From the NCBI GenBank assembly GCA_963422395.1, contig OY729431.1, positions 2,844,271-2,908,270 on the forward strand: a stretch of 64,000 nt of DNA, in the 5' to 3' direction. Below the pieces are notes generated by a model. The model did not search any database, was not told the origin of the DNA, and saw only the letters and a program-made list of their open reading frames with translations. This document shows positions 38,712 through 49,300 of this stretch, piece after piece. The position numbers were made by a program, and so were the translations under genes. Within the stretch, counting starts at the first letter, position 1. Every line of letters starts with the position of its first letter. The DNA is from Vicinamibacteria bacterium. Its GTDB lineage: Bacteria > Acidobacteriota > Vicinamibacteria > Marinacidobacterales > Marinacidobacteraceae.

Positions 38712-39493
38712 TCGCGCCAGCGGGGCTCGTCGCGGGCGGCGAGGGAGGCGGCGTCCCCGCCGAAGAGGAAGATCGTGAGGTGGGCCATTCCCTGGCCTCC
38801 CATGGCGAAAGCGGCAGCGATGGCGAGCCCGGGCGCCGGGCGGTCGAGGCGGAACACGGTGTAAGGCCAGGGCTCGGAAACCGTCTTCTCGACCACACCC
38901 CTGAGGCGGGGGGCGCCGGGCCGTTCGAAGTCGAGACCCCCGCCGGAGGAAAGACCGCCGCAGTCGAGGGCCCGAGACAAGGCGTCCCACGCTTCCGAGG
39001 CGGATCCTCCGACCGGGACCAGAGTCTGGACCGCCGCGGAAGGCCGCCTTCGAAAGTGGGCGAGATAGAGCCCGAGGACAGTGAACCAGGCGGGCCAGCC
39101 CATCTCGATGTTCTCGAGCTGACCGTCCCACGCGTCGGTTTCGGCGAACAGATGGTGCTCCACGCGCACCAGGCATCGACCGCCGGCCTGCGGCTCGATG
39201 GTCCACTCGGCGGCCAGGGCCGGCGCGTCCGGGCCGAAGGGGCTCTCGGTTGCGAAGCGCCGCGGGGGGTCGAACCGGGTCACCCTGCCGACTTCCTCCA
39301 TCTTCGGAACCTCGTGATGCGGCGCCCGGCACTTCACGACGCCTCCCACCCGGCCTTCGACCTCGGTGGGGCAGAACCAGGAAGACACCCCGGGGCCGGT
39401 GGCGATAGCTTCCCAGACTTCTTCGGGGGTTCCCGGGACTTCGACTTCGACCTGGATCGAGCGCCGGCCGGACGGATCGGATGCAACGGTCAT
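38687..39493 (-). CDS. SRPBCC/AHSA1 (START-like) domain protein
   Basis: VEVPGTPEEVWEAIATGPGVSSWF, FDPPRRF, EMGWP. Confidence 0.85.
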   Translation of the reverse strand: MTVASDPSGRRSIQVEVEVPGTPEEVWEAIATGPGVSSWFCPTEVEGRVGGVVKCRAPHHEVPKMEEVGRVTRFDPPRRFATESPFGPDAPALAAEWTIEPQAGGRCLVRVEHHLFAETDAWDGQLENIEMGWPAWFTVLGLYLAHFRRRPSAAVQTLVPVGGSASEAWDALSRALDCGGLSSGGGLDFERPGAPRLRGVVEKTVSEPWPYTVFRLDRPAPGLAIAAAFAMGGQGMAHLTIFLFGGDAASLAARDEPRWREWIGRVLG

Positions 39494-39554
39494 GGTCTCC
39501 TATTCTCGCCGATTTCCAGAGCGGGGCGGATCCTTCGGACGCCGGGACCGCGAG

Positions 39555-40514
39555 TCAAGCGAACTCCCCGGCGAATGCCTGCCGGATGGCGCGGATGTCC
39601 TCCGGGCCGGTCCGGCAGCAGCCGCCGACGAGGCCCGCGCCGAGCCGCCGCCACTCGAGCGCGGGAGCAGCGAAGTCGAGCGCATCGGCCGGATTCCCCG
39701 TCGGGCCGGTCCACATCTTCCGGACCGCGTCCCAGGTCCCTCCGCCATTGGGATAGGCCACCACGGGCTTTCCGCTCACCGCGTAGATCTTCGGGATCAG
39801 CGAGGCGAAGTGTTTCGGGGCGGTGCAGTTGATCCCCACCGCGAAGACCCGGGAGCAGCCCGCCAGATCGGCGGCGGCCCCGGTCACCGGCGTACCGTCA
39901 CACAGGCGCTCGCCGTCCCGACAGGAGAACGAGACCCACGCCGGCGGCGCGGTTTCGAGGCGTTCGAGAAGGCGGGAGAGCACGCGCACCTCTCTGACAG
40001 AGGGGATGGTCTCCACCGCGAGCAGATCGGCCCCGGCTCCGGCGAGCACAGCGAGCCGCCGCTCGTGGAACTCCGCGAGACCGGCGTCGTCCATCCGGTA
40101 GCCGCCCCGGTATTCCGACCCGTCAGCCAGGAACGCTCCGTAAGGGCCTACGCTCGCCGCCACCAGCGGCTGGCGGCGACCAGTCCGGTTCGCCGGATCA
40201 CTCCAGAACCGATCCCGTTCCTCGACCGCGAGGCGCACCGCGGAGAGGAACACGCTCTCCGACGCGCTGCCCGTGAACCCCGCCCGCGCAAGCCCGGGGA
40301 AGCTGGCCTGGTAAGTGGCGGCGATGATGCAGTCGGCCCCCGCTTCGAGGAAGCGCGCATGCACCGCGCGGACGGCCTCCGGCGCCTCGAGCAGGATCCG
40401 GGCGGACCAGAGCGGATGGTTCAGATCGAAGCCATCCGCTTCCAGTTCGGTCGCGAGCCCGCCGTCGAGAATGAGAACTTCGCCTTCGGACGAAAGACGA
40501 CACACCGGAGACAC
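39555..40514 (-). CDS. mmuM: Homocysteine S-methyltransferase
   Basis: ILDGGLATELE, LWSA, ASVGPYGAFLADGSEY, GINC, VGGCC. Confidence 0.92.
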   Translation of the reverse strand: MSPVCRLSSEGEVLILDGGLATELEADGFDLNHPLWSARILLEAPEAVRAVHARFLEAGADCIIAATYQASFPGLARAGFTGSASESVFLSAVRLAVEERDRFWSDPANRTGRRQPLVAASVGPYGAFLADGSEYRGGYRMDDAGLAEFHERRLAVLAGAGADLLAVETIPSVREVRVLSRLLERLETAPPAWVSFSCRDGERLCDGTPVTGAAADLAGCSRVFAVGINCTAPKHFASLIPKIYAVSGKPVVAYPNGGGTWDAVRKMWTGPTGNPADALDFAAPALEWRRLGAGLVGGCCRTGPEDIRAIRQAFAGEFA

Positions 40515-40521
40515 TGGCCGC

Positions 40522-40715
40522 CTAGCAGCCTGACCGCTGGATGTTCTGGGTCCAGAGGTTCGCGGCGTTGGACCGACCTTGGAACAGTCGCATCGCCTCC
40601 AAGAGGGAAGTCTTGCCGACGCCGTTCGGCCCGGTCAGGAGATTCACCGGAGCGATCTCCCCGAGTTCGAGGCCGCCGATCCCGCGTATAGCAGTCGACG
40701 CGGAAAGCGGAGAGG
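40522..40715 (-). pseudogene. N-terminal remnant of an AAA_15/AAA_21-type ATPase
   Basis: Reads LSAFRVDCY/(frameshift)RGIGGLELGEIAPVNLLTGPNGVGKTSLLEAMRLF then stops; Walker A present, no start codon, no rest of gene. Confidence 0.6.
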
Positions 40716-40731
40716 CGAGCAGTCGGAGAAG

Positions 40732-41853
40732 TCAGCCTCCGAAGATGTCGCGAAAGTAGCGGAGCCAGTTCCCTCCCAGGATTCGGGTGATATCCCCCTC
40801 TGAGTATCCCCGCCGGTCGAGAGCGTGCGCGACATTGCGGAACCGCTCCGGTTCGTCGAGGCCTTCGATGAAGGGAGGCCAGCGCACGCGGTAGCTGGGC
40901 TTGAAGTTGCGGAGCCGAGGCTCGTACCAGTTCTCCCGGGTGGCCCAGGATTTCAGCCCGCGAATCGCGTGATCCGTCGAGACGCCGACATGTTCGATGC
41001 CGCCGATGCGGACCGCATGGACCACATGGTCCACATAATCCTCGAGCGAGGTGTCGGGGTCGGGGCCGACGAAGTAGCCCAGGCTAGCGATGCCGGTGAT
41101 GCCGCCCTTTTCCGAGATCCGCCGGATCTGTTCGTCGGTCTTGGCGCGCGGATGATTCGGATAGAGCGTTTCGCAGAAGGTGTGAGTGAACGCCGCCGGC
41201 CGGTTGGAGACTTCGATTCCGTCCAGAGATGTCTGGCGGCCGCAGTGGGAGAGGTCCACGATGATCCCCAGCTCGTTCATCCGGCCGACGACTTCGACCC
41301 CGAAATCGGAAAGGCCGCCGTCCACGCGCTCGGTGCAGCCGCTGCCGAGGCGGTTCTGCGTGTTGTAGGTGAGCTGGATACAGCGGGCCCCGAGTTCGTA
41401 CAGCGGGTCGAGGTTCTGCAGCACTCCCTCGAGCATGGTGGCGTTCTGGAACCCGAACACGACCGCCATCTTCCCCTCCGCCTTGGCCTGCTCGATGTGC
41501 GCCGCTTTCGTGGCCTGCACCAGCTTGTCCGGGTTCTCCCGGATCCGCTGCCGCCATTCGGCGAGGGCCCGCGCTGCGACCTGGAAATTCGTGCTCGGCA
41601 GGGTGCTCTGGATCCCGGTGTAGCCCGACCGCTCGACCGCGGCGTACTCCACCTCGTCCCATTCGTGCCCGACGGCCAGAGAATCGATCACCACCGAGCG
41701 GTCGTAGAGAGCATCGATCCCTGGATTTCGAGGCGGGTTTTGGCCGGAGGTCTCCTGTCGGCGGCTGCCGGCGGGGATCCGGACGCGAGACGCGAGCGAC
41801 GGGCGCGCTGCGAAGGAAGCGGCCAGCAGGCCTAGAAAAATCCGTCTCTCCAT
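40732..41853 (-). CDS. M19 membrane dipeptidase with Tat-like signal
   Basis: MERRIFLG; QLTYN, GIIVDLSH, HPRAKTDEQ, HVGVSTD, ILGGNWLR. Confidence 0.88.
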   Translation of the reverse strand: MERRIFLGLLAASFAARPSLASRVRIPAGSRRQETSGQNPPRNPGIDALYDRSVVIDSLAVGHEWDEVEYAAVERSGYTGIQSTLPSTNFQVAARALAEWRQRIRENPDKLVQATKAAHIEQAKAEGKMAVVFGFQNATMLEGVLQNLDPLYELGARCIQLTYNTQNRLGSGCTERVDGGLSDFGVEVVGRMNELGIIVDLSHCGRQTSLDGIEVSNRPAAFTHTFCETLYPNHPRAKTDEQIRRISEKGGITGIASLGYFVGPDPDTSLEDYVDHVVHAVRIGGIEHVGVSTDHAIRGLKSWATRENWYEPRLRNFKPSYRVRWPPFIEGLDEPERFRNVAHALDRRGYSEGDITRILGGNWLRYFRDIFGG

Positions 41854-42046
41854 CGAAAGATCTCCTTCGTTCGGTTCAGGCCGAAGCGCGGACCTCGGCA
41901 GCGTGGCGAGCAGCTGCGGGAACGGCGCTCGCGGCGTTCGGGTAGAAGGCGGCGCCTCCTCCCGGTTGGAATCGGTGGCGCGCACGACTTCCTCCACTTC
42001 GGGTCGGAATCCGCAAAAGTAGCAGCCTTCTCGACTCCCTCCGGCA

Positions 42047-43381
42047 TCACGGTCGGAAGAGGCGCGGGCGGAGCCCGTTCTTCCGAGCCCAGAAACGCCT
42101 CGCCGCCTCGCCGGAAACCCGCCAGTTGAAGATCACTGCCAGGGCGATGCCGACGGGCAGCACATAGCGAAGGTCCCAGAACAGGGTCGTTGCCAGAGTA
42201 CCGACCAGAGTGACCCGATCCCCGATCGGGGCCCTCCAAAGGATTTCGATTCGCTCGATCTCGATCATCCGTCTCGCCACCACGAGCAGCACCGCAGCGA
42301 GCGAGGTGAAAGGGATCCATTCGAGAGCCCATGAGAAGAAGAGCACGAAGACAGCGACGAACAGGGCGTGGAAAGCACCGGCGAGCGGAGAACGAGCTCC
42401 CGAGGCGAGGCAGGTCGCCGTCCGCGCCACGCAGCCTCCCACCGGAAATCCGCCCCAGACGGCCGTTGCGATGTTCCCGAGTCCGAGGGCGGTGAACTCG
42501 CGGTTCGGACGGCTGGGCACCCCGCGCGAACGGCTCGCCATGGAGGCGGCGAGCAGGGATTCGGTGCTCGACAGAAAGGCGATCGCAACCGCGTAGGGCG
42601 CGAGGGTCAGTGCGAGCTCGAGCGAAGGGAAGAGCGGGAGCGGCAACCGGTTGGGCAACGCACCGAAGACGCTGCCGATGGTGGCGACCGGCAATTCCAG
42701 GAATCCAGTGGTCGCCGCACCGACGGCGAGACCCATCACATAGGACGGGAGCCGGGGAAGAAATCGTCGGGTCAGCAGCACGACGAGGAGCGAAACGCAT
42801 CCCACCAGGAAGGTGGTGGAGTCGAACGCATCCAGACGGCTCCAGATTCCTTCGAGAATGAAGAGGAAGGAATGCGAGTGGTCCGCTCCGCCTGGGTCGT
42901 GGGCGTGAACGGTTCTTGCCAGCCCCAGCAAAGGAACGATCTGGCCAGTGAAGACGATGAGCCCCATCCCGGTCACGAATCCGGTGATGACCGCCTGCGG
43001 CATGGCCTCGATCAGAAGGCCGATCCTCGAGATCGCCACGACGGCGAGGAAGATTCCGGCCAGCAGCGTCGCCGAGAGCAGTCCTTGATAGCCGAAGCGT
43101 TCGATCACCATGACCGCGATCAGGATGCATGCCTCGGTGGGACCGCCGATCTGGAAGCGGCTCGCAGTGACGAGCGCGATGACCAGCCCGCCGACGATGA
43201 TGCCGACGAGGCCCTTGTCCGGGCTCGCGCCGGCGGCGATCGCCACCACCAGACCGAGCGGCAAGGCCACCACCGAAACCGTGAGGCCGGCGCCCAGGTC
43301 CGCGCCCAGGTCGGAGAACGAGTACCCGGCCGGAACGACGCGGCGCAACTCGGCCTGAAAAGCGGCGAGAAAACGAGTCAT
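42047..43381 (-). CDS. SulP/SLC26 anion transporter lacking a STAS domain
   Basis: DLGAGLTVSVVALP, FQIGGPT, AVITGF, NREFTALGLGN, SGARSPLAG; ends soon after the last TM. Confidence 0.85.
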   Translation of the reverse strand: MTRFLAAFQAELRRVVPAGYSFSDLGADLGAGLTVSVVALPLGLVVAIAAGASPDKGLVGIIVGGLVIALVTASRFQIGGPTEACILIAVMVIERFGYQGLLSATLLAGIFLAVVAISRIGLLIEAMPQAVITGFVTGMGLIVFTGQIVPLLGLARTVHAHDPGGADHSHSFLFILEGIWSRLDAFDSTTFLVGCVSLLVVLLTRRFLPRLPSYVMGLAVGAATTGFLELPVATIGSVFGALPNRLPLPLFPSLELALTLAPYAVAIAFLSSTESLLAASMASRSRGVPSRPNREFTALGLGNIATAVWGGFPVGGCVARTATCLASGARSPLAGAFHALFVAVFVLFFSWALEWIPFTSLAAVLLVVARRMIEIERIEILWRAPIGDRVTLVGTLATTLFWDLRYVLPVGIALAVIFNWRVSGEAARRFWARKNGLRPRLFRP

Positions 43382-43508
43382 CGGGGCGAACTTCGGGCGC
43401 TTGCGCTGGGGAGGCGGTGGGCGCCGCCGGCCGAGACGATGGATGCTGGCGGCGCGCTCGACACTCTCACTCGCTGGTGGAGAGAGCGCCGACCCCTCGT
43501 CGGCCGGT

Positions 43509-44645
43509 TCAGGCGCCGCCGTCCACTGCGGATACTCCCGGGGTGCGGCGGGAGACCGCCCCTTCTTCGCCGGTCTCGTGGTAGCTGTCGCCGTAGTACT
43601 TGCTCGTGATCCGGGTATGGAAATCCTCGGCCCGAACCGGGGGGTAGCGCGGCTCCCTCTGGTTCGGCAATACCCGCAGCACTTCGTCCTCCCAGACATA
43701 GACCGCCATCGGAAAGGAGGTGCGGGGGCGCTTTCGCGCCTCGGGGTCGCGCGGCGCGCTCACCCGGTGCGTCGTGGAGGGCAGCCGATCGTTCGTGATC
43801 CGCTGCATGTAATCCCCGGTATTCAGGATGATCGTTCCTGGGGGCGCCATGACCCGTACCCAACGCATCGTCTTGCGGTGGAGCAGTTGCAGCCCTTCCA
43901 CTTCCGACGCCGGAAGAATCGTGAAGAGATCCACATCTTCGTGGCCGAGCATCCGCGCGCCGCTCCCGGAATCGGCGGCGGGCAGCGGCGGGTAGTAGTT
44001 CAGCCGGAAACCGAAGTTCGTTCCGGCGAGCCTTTCGTCGTAGAGCGACGGCGCTTCACCCAGATAGGCGAGCACCGCACGCATGATCGGCTGAATCAGC
44101 GGCTCGTGCGCGCGCACCACTCGCCGAAAAAACGGTTCCCATCCCGCGGAAGGCCAAAAGGACGCCTCGTTCCAGCCGGCGATCCCGTCGAGGTCGAACG
44201 CCTGCCGGCAGAACACCCATCCCTCCACCAGATCGGGGTGGATCGCGGTGGTTTCCCGCATGGGGAAATAGCCTTGGTTCACCGAGCCGCAGCGTCGAGC
44301 CCGGTAACGCAGCTTCTCGCCGAGCGGGTGGCTCTCGAAAAACGCCCGGGTTCGACGGTGCGCCTCCTCGTAGAGCGCGGGGTCCACCCCGTGGCCGGTG
44401 AGGACGGCGAACCCGGTGTCTTCCAGGGACTCACCGAGTGCTCCGACCAACCGCTCCCGGTCGGAGGCGCGAGGCGAGCGGAGCAGCGACAGATCGCAGG
44501 GATTCAGGACGAATTCCTCATCGAATTCCTCGTCGGCACCCTCGGCGAGGCGATAGCGCTGCAGCTTCGTGACCTGTTCGTAGGCCCCGAGCTCCTGGTT
44601 GAACTCGGCGGACACTCCCTGCTGGAAACCGGCCCGCGAGTTCAC
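43509..44645 (-). CDS. Isopenicillin N synthase-family 2OG-Fe(II) oxygenase
   Basis: GFAVLTGHGV, RLNYYP, HEDVDLFTIL (HxD), NTGDYMQRITND, HRV, RTS. Confidence 0.88.
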   Translation of the reverse strand: MNSRAGFQQGVSAEFNQELGAYEQVTKLQRYRLAEGADEEFDEEFVLNPCDLSLLRSPRASDRERLVGALGESLEDTGFAVLTGHGVDPALYEEAHRRTRAFFESHPLGEKLRYRARRCGSVNQGYFPMRETTAIHPDLVEGWVFCRQAFDLDGIAGWNEASFWPSAGWEPFFRRVVRAHEPLIQPIMRAVLAYLGEAPSLYDERLAGTNFGFRLNYYPPLPAADSGSGARMLGHEDVDLFTILPASEVEGLQLLHRKTMRWVRVMAPPGTIILNTGDYMQRITNDRLPSTTHRVSAPRDPEARKRPRTSFPMAVYVWEDEVLRVLPNQREPRYPPVRAEDFHTRITSKYYGDSYHETGEEGAVSRRTPGVSAVDGGA

Positions 44646-45931
44646 GAGCCGGCGGACTGCATTTCGGCGGCGACTCGCTCCGCCTCACGAAGGATGCGCA
44701 GGGTGTTTCCGCTCCAGATCTGAGCGATCTGCGGCTCGGTGTACCCCCGCCGGACGAGTTCGACCGTCACCTGCAGGGTCTCCGAAGCGTCGTCCCAGCC
44801 GTCCACCCCGCCGCCGCCGTCGAAGTCGGACGAAATGCCCACATGGTCGAGCCCCATGACCCCGACCGCGTAGTCGATGTGATCCACGAAGTCGGCCACC
44901 GTGACCGGGAAACGGTCGCCGATCTCCGCCATCCGCGAGCGCAGCGCCGCCGCGTCTTCCTCGCTGAGCGAGCCGAATTCGGAGCGGGACGAAATCCCGA
45001 ACTCCGCCAAAGCAGCCTCCATCGCCTCGACTTTCTCCGGGGGGTCGACCTGGACGAACCCCCTCAGGGCGACCGTCTGCATCACCCCGCCGTTCGCGGC
45101 GAGCGCCCGCAGCTGCTCATCGTCCATGTTGCGCGAGACATCGGCGAGAGCCTTGGTGCTGGAGTGGGAGGCGATCACCGGAGCGGCCGAGAGCTCCGCA
45201 GCCTGCATCATCGCCTTTTTCGAGATGTGAGACACATCCACCAGGATGCCGAGGCGGTTCATCTCCACGACCACCTCGCGGCCGAAGGCGCTCAGGCCGC
45301 CGTGTTCTTCCTCGGCGTCGCCGAGATCCTCCCTCGGATTGCAGGAGTCGGCGATGTCGTTGTGGCCGTTGTGGGCCAGGGTGATGTACCGGGCTCCGAG
45401 CTCGTGGTACTTCGCGAGCAGCGCCAGGTCCTTGCCGATCACATAGCCGTTCTCGATGCCGATCAGCGCCACCAGCTTGCCCGCGGCGTGGATGCGCTCC
45501 ACCTCGGCGGCACGGTGGGCCAGCTCGATCGTGTCCGAATGCATCGAGGCGGCACGGTGGATCGCATCGAACTTCGTCAGCGCGCCCGCTTTCGCCGCTT
45601 CGTAGTTCTCGGGCGTCCGCTCGGTCTGGCCGTAATAGACGATGAAGAATCCGGCGTCGAGACCGCCCTCGCGCATCCGCGGGTAGTCCACCTGGAAGTC
45701 TTCGTTACGGTTTCCCGGGTCCACTTCCTCGGTGGCATAGTCGAAGGGGATGTCGATGTGGGTGTCCAGGGTGAGGACCACATCGTGGATGCGGCGGGCT
45801 TCAGCGAGGATTTCTTCCTCCGTCGGGGAAGCAAGCTCTTCTTCCTGCTCGCCGCAGCCGACGAGCACCGCGGCGAGCAGGAGGACAGGCAACACACTGG
45901 AAAACCGAAAGGGGCAGAGTTTCAGGGACAT
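44642..45931 (-). CDS. M19 membrane dipeptidase (lipoprotein)
   Basis: Lipobox LVGC; DTHID, IGIENG, VDVSH, IASHS, ISSDFDGGG; GGAGG RBS. Confidence 0.9.
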   Translation of the reverse strand: MSLKLCPFRFSSVLPVLLLAAVLVGCGEQEEELASPTEEEILAEARRIHDVVLTLDTHIDIPFDYATEEVDPGNRNEDFQVDYPRMREGGLDAGFFIVYYGQTERTPENYEAAKAGALTKFDAIHRAASMHSDTIELAHRAAEVERIHAAGKLVALIGIENGYVIGKDLALLAKYHELGARYITLAHNGHNDIADSCNPREDLGDAEEEHGGLSAFGREVVVEMNRLGILVDVSHISKKAMMQAAELSAAPVIASHSSTKALADVSRNMDDEQLRALAANGGVMQTVALRGFVQVDPPEKVEAMEAALAEFGISSRSEFGSLSEEDAAALRSRMAEIGDRFPVTVADFVDHIDYAVGVMGLDHVGISSDFDGGGGVDGWDDASETLQVTVELVRRGYTEPQIAQIWSGNTLRILREAERVAAEMQSAGS

Positions 45932-46140
45932 GGAACCTCCAGACTTGCGGCCGCAATAGGGCTGCCGCGGGAAAACGGGAAATTTGCGAACCCGCGATGA
46001 TACCAGCCGCACTTTACCCGCCCGTTCCCGAACCGCCCGGCCTCCGGGCATCGGGTTCGTGTGAACAACCTACCGCAAGGTCACAGCTAGCCACGGGAAT
46101 CGGCGGCGAATGGGACAATCGCGCCCGGCATGAGCGCCGC

Positions 46141-46178
46141 TTGGCAGGGGTTTTGGCAAGGGCGTTTTGGCAAGGGCG
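46141..46178. repeat. Short intergenic direct repeat (TTTTGGCAAGGGCG-like, 3 copies)
   Basis: TTGGCAGGGGT-TTTGGCAAGGGCGT-TTTGGCAAGGGCG between divergent genes. Confidence 0.7.
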
Positions 46179-46324
46179 CAAATCCGACCTGGCCGCGCGC
46201 GGTTTCGCCGAGGGTTTTTCGGTTGCCGCCCGATCCATTCCCCCGCCGCAGGCCGCACCGAGGGGGCGGCGCTCGGTAATTCGGTGCTGCTCTCGGCGGT
46301 GCCGGTCGAGGAAGTGCAGCGGGC

Positions 46325-49300
46325 ATGACTCTCCCTGAACCGCGGGCATCCGGCGGATTCCGCCGCCGGCGCCCGCTTCCCGAATCCCTCGCGCTGCCGC
46401 TGGCCGCGATGCTGCTGTCCGGCTTCGCCTCCCTCGCGTACCAGATCGTCTGGGTGCGCCGCTTCTCGGTGGTTCTCGGGACGACGAACGCCGCGGTCAC
46501 GCTGGTGCTGGCGATGTTCCTCGGCGGACTGGGCCTCGGGGCGGTACTCGCCGGACGCTCGGGAAGCCGCCTGGAAGCAGCCCAGCTCGCACGCCGATTC
46601 CTGCTGCTGGAACTCGGAACCGTCGGATTCGCCGTCGTGCTTCCGCTCTATCTGGACATGACCCTCCCGCTGCTGCGGGCCGTTCCCTTCCGGAGCGGTG
46701 CGCTTTTCTGGACCGGCGGGTTGGCCGCGGTGTTTCTCCTTCCCGCCGCCACCCTGATGGGAGCGGCGCTGCCGACCCTGACCGCGCTCGCCCGGCGCGT
46801 CCGGGACCGCGGAGAGGGGAGAACGGCCGCCTGGCTCTATGCGGCGAACACTGCCGGAGCGCTGCTGGGAAGCCTCGGGGCAGCTCGGGTGCTTCTTCCC
46901 GAATTCGGGCTCACCGGCGCCTCCCGCTGCGCGGTCGGAGCGAATCTGGCGGCGGCGGCATTGGTGTGGATCCGCTTCGGAAGGCCGTCTTCGAGGCGGC
47001 CGCCCGCCGATCGGGACTGCGGACCGGCCCTCGGACCGACACCGGACCCCGAGCCGGTTTCACGACGGCTGCGCTTCGGCGGGATTGCGGCCCTTTCGGG
47101 TTTCGCGGCGCTTTCCGCCGAGATCGGCTGGGCGCGTCTCGCCGCCCTGTTGTTCGGCCCGACGATCTACACCTTCGCCTGCGTCGTGGCCGCAGTGATC
47201 CTGGGCAGCGCGCTCGGCAGCGCGGCCGTCGGGCGGTTCCTCCGAGGGCGCCCGGCTCCCCATCGCTGGCTGGCCAGCATCCAGCTGGGGGGCGCCGCCG
47301 TTTCGGCGGCGGTCGCCGCGCTCGGCGACCGACTGGTCCTTCCCATCGGGAAACTCATCACCCAGAACGCGGAAGACATCGGGCGCCTCCTCGACCTCCA
47401 GCTCCTCGGCACCGCAGCGGCGCTCCTGTTGCCGAGCCTCGCCCTGGGCGCCACCTTCCCGCTGGCGGTCGCGGGCGCTTCCGGCGCCGGAGGGGAGCGG
47501 GCCGGCCGGGCCACCGGGACGATCTACGCCTGGAACGCGGGAGGGAATGCCGCCGGGGCGCTCGCAGCGGGACTGCTCGTCATCCCCTGGCTGGGGATCG
47601 AGGCGGCGTTGCTCTCGGCGATTCTCGCCCACCTCGCCGCTGCGCTCCTCGCGGCGCCTCGGGTGCTCTTCCTGTCGGCCGCACTCGCGGTAGCCGTCGG
47701 CGGCGCGGCCGCCACCAGGTCCTGGGATTGGGAGCTGCTCTCCGGCGGGCTCTACAAGACCGCGCCCCAGATCGAAACCACCCGCCATCGAGACTTCCTC
47801 CGCCGCGGCCGGCTGCGGTTCCTGGAGCAGGGCGCGGCGGCCACCGTTTCCGTCAAGGAGGTGGCGGGAGAGCTGTCGCTCTCCATCGACGGGAAAGTGG
47901 ATGCGACCGACGGCGCGGACATGCTCACCCAGCAGATGCTGGCGCACCTCCCGCTCCTCCTCTCCCCCCGGCCCGCATCGGTGCTGATCGTCGGGCACGG
48001 CAGCGGGGTCACCGCCGGGGCGGCCCTCCGGCATCCGGTATCCCGGGTCACTGCCGCCGAGATCTCCCCCGAGGTCGCCCGCGCCTCGCACCTCTTCGAG
48101 GCCGCGAACGGTGCTCCGTGGCGCGACGAGCGGTTCTCGCTCCTCGAAACGGACGCCCGAAACCACCTGCTGCTCACCGACCAGACTTTCGAAGTCGTCA
48201 TTTCGGAACCCTCGAACCCCTGGATGAGCGGGGTGTCTCCGCTCTTCACGGTGGAGTTCTTCGAACTCGTCCGCTCCCGACTCGCCGCGGGCGGCCTGTT
48301 CTGCCAGTGGGTCCATCTCTACAACCTCGCTGAGGACAGCCTGCGAACGCTGATCGGCGGGTTCACCGATGTCTTCCCCGAAACCGCGCTCTTCGTCCTC
48401 CACGACGGCGATGCCCTGCTGATCGGGTCGAAGGGGCGGTTCCCGGTCCTCCCGCCGGCGGAGATCGACCGGCGGATCACGCGCATGGCCGACGCACTCG
48501 CCCCTTACGGAATCAACGACTTCTCCGCGTTCCGCGGCTGGCTCACCGCGACGGCTCCCGGGCTCTCGGAATGGTCCCTCGGGGCTCCCCGGCACCGGGA
48601 CGACCACCCGATCCTCGAATTCCGGACGCCCCTCACGGTCCACGCCGCCACCGCCTCTCGAAACCGCCGCACGCTGGAGCAACTCGAAGCAGAACCCGAT
48701 TTCGGCCCTTTCGGACCGGCGATCCCGCCGAGTGCGGCCGCGCTGGCGGACCGCGCCGCCGGGCTTCTCCTCGCCGCAAATCCGGATTGGGCGCTCGAAC
48801 TGGCCGAAAGAGCGCTCGAAATCGACCCCGGTCAGAGCAGCGCCGCGGAAACGGTGGTGCGGGCTTCGCTGGCCCACGGAAAAATCATCGAAGGAGAAAG
48901 GATCCTCCGCCGGGTATCGGCGGCGGCCGCGCCGGACGGGCCGGCCGCGATCCCGCTCCATGTCTCGCTCGCGCGCCTGCTGCTCGGAGCCCGGCGGCTC
49001 GATGAGGCGGCGGCAACGCTCGAGTCCGGACCCGAGGCGCTGGCGGCGGACCGGGAGGCGCTGTTGCTGGCGGCGGAAATCCAGGTGGAACGCGCCGCCC
49101 TGGACTCCGCCGAAGCGCTCGTGCTGGCAGTGCTGCGCCGGAACCCGCGCGACGCCGGGGCCGCCGCCTGGCTATCCGAGCTCAGCCTCCGGCAGGGAAA
49201 TCCGGCCCGGGCGGCGGAGCGGGCCGCCGCCATCCTCGCCGAGCGGCCGGAAACGGTTCGGGCGCTCCGCATCCGCGCGGTGGCGCTGGCGGAACTCGGA

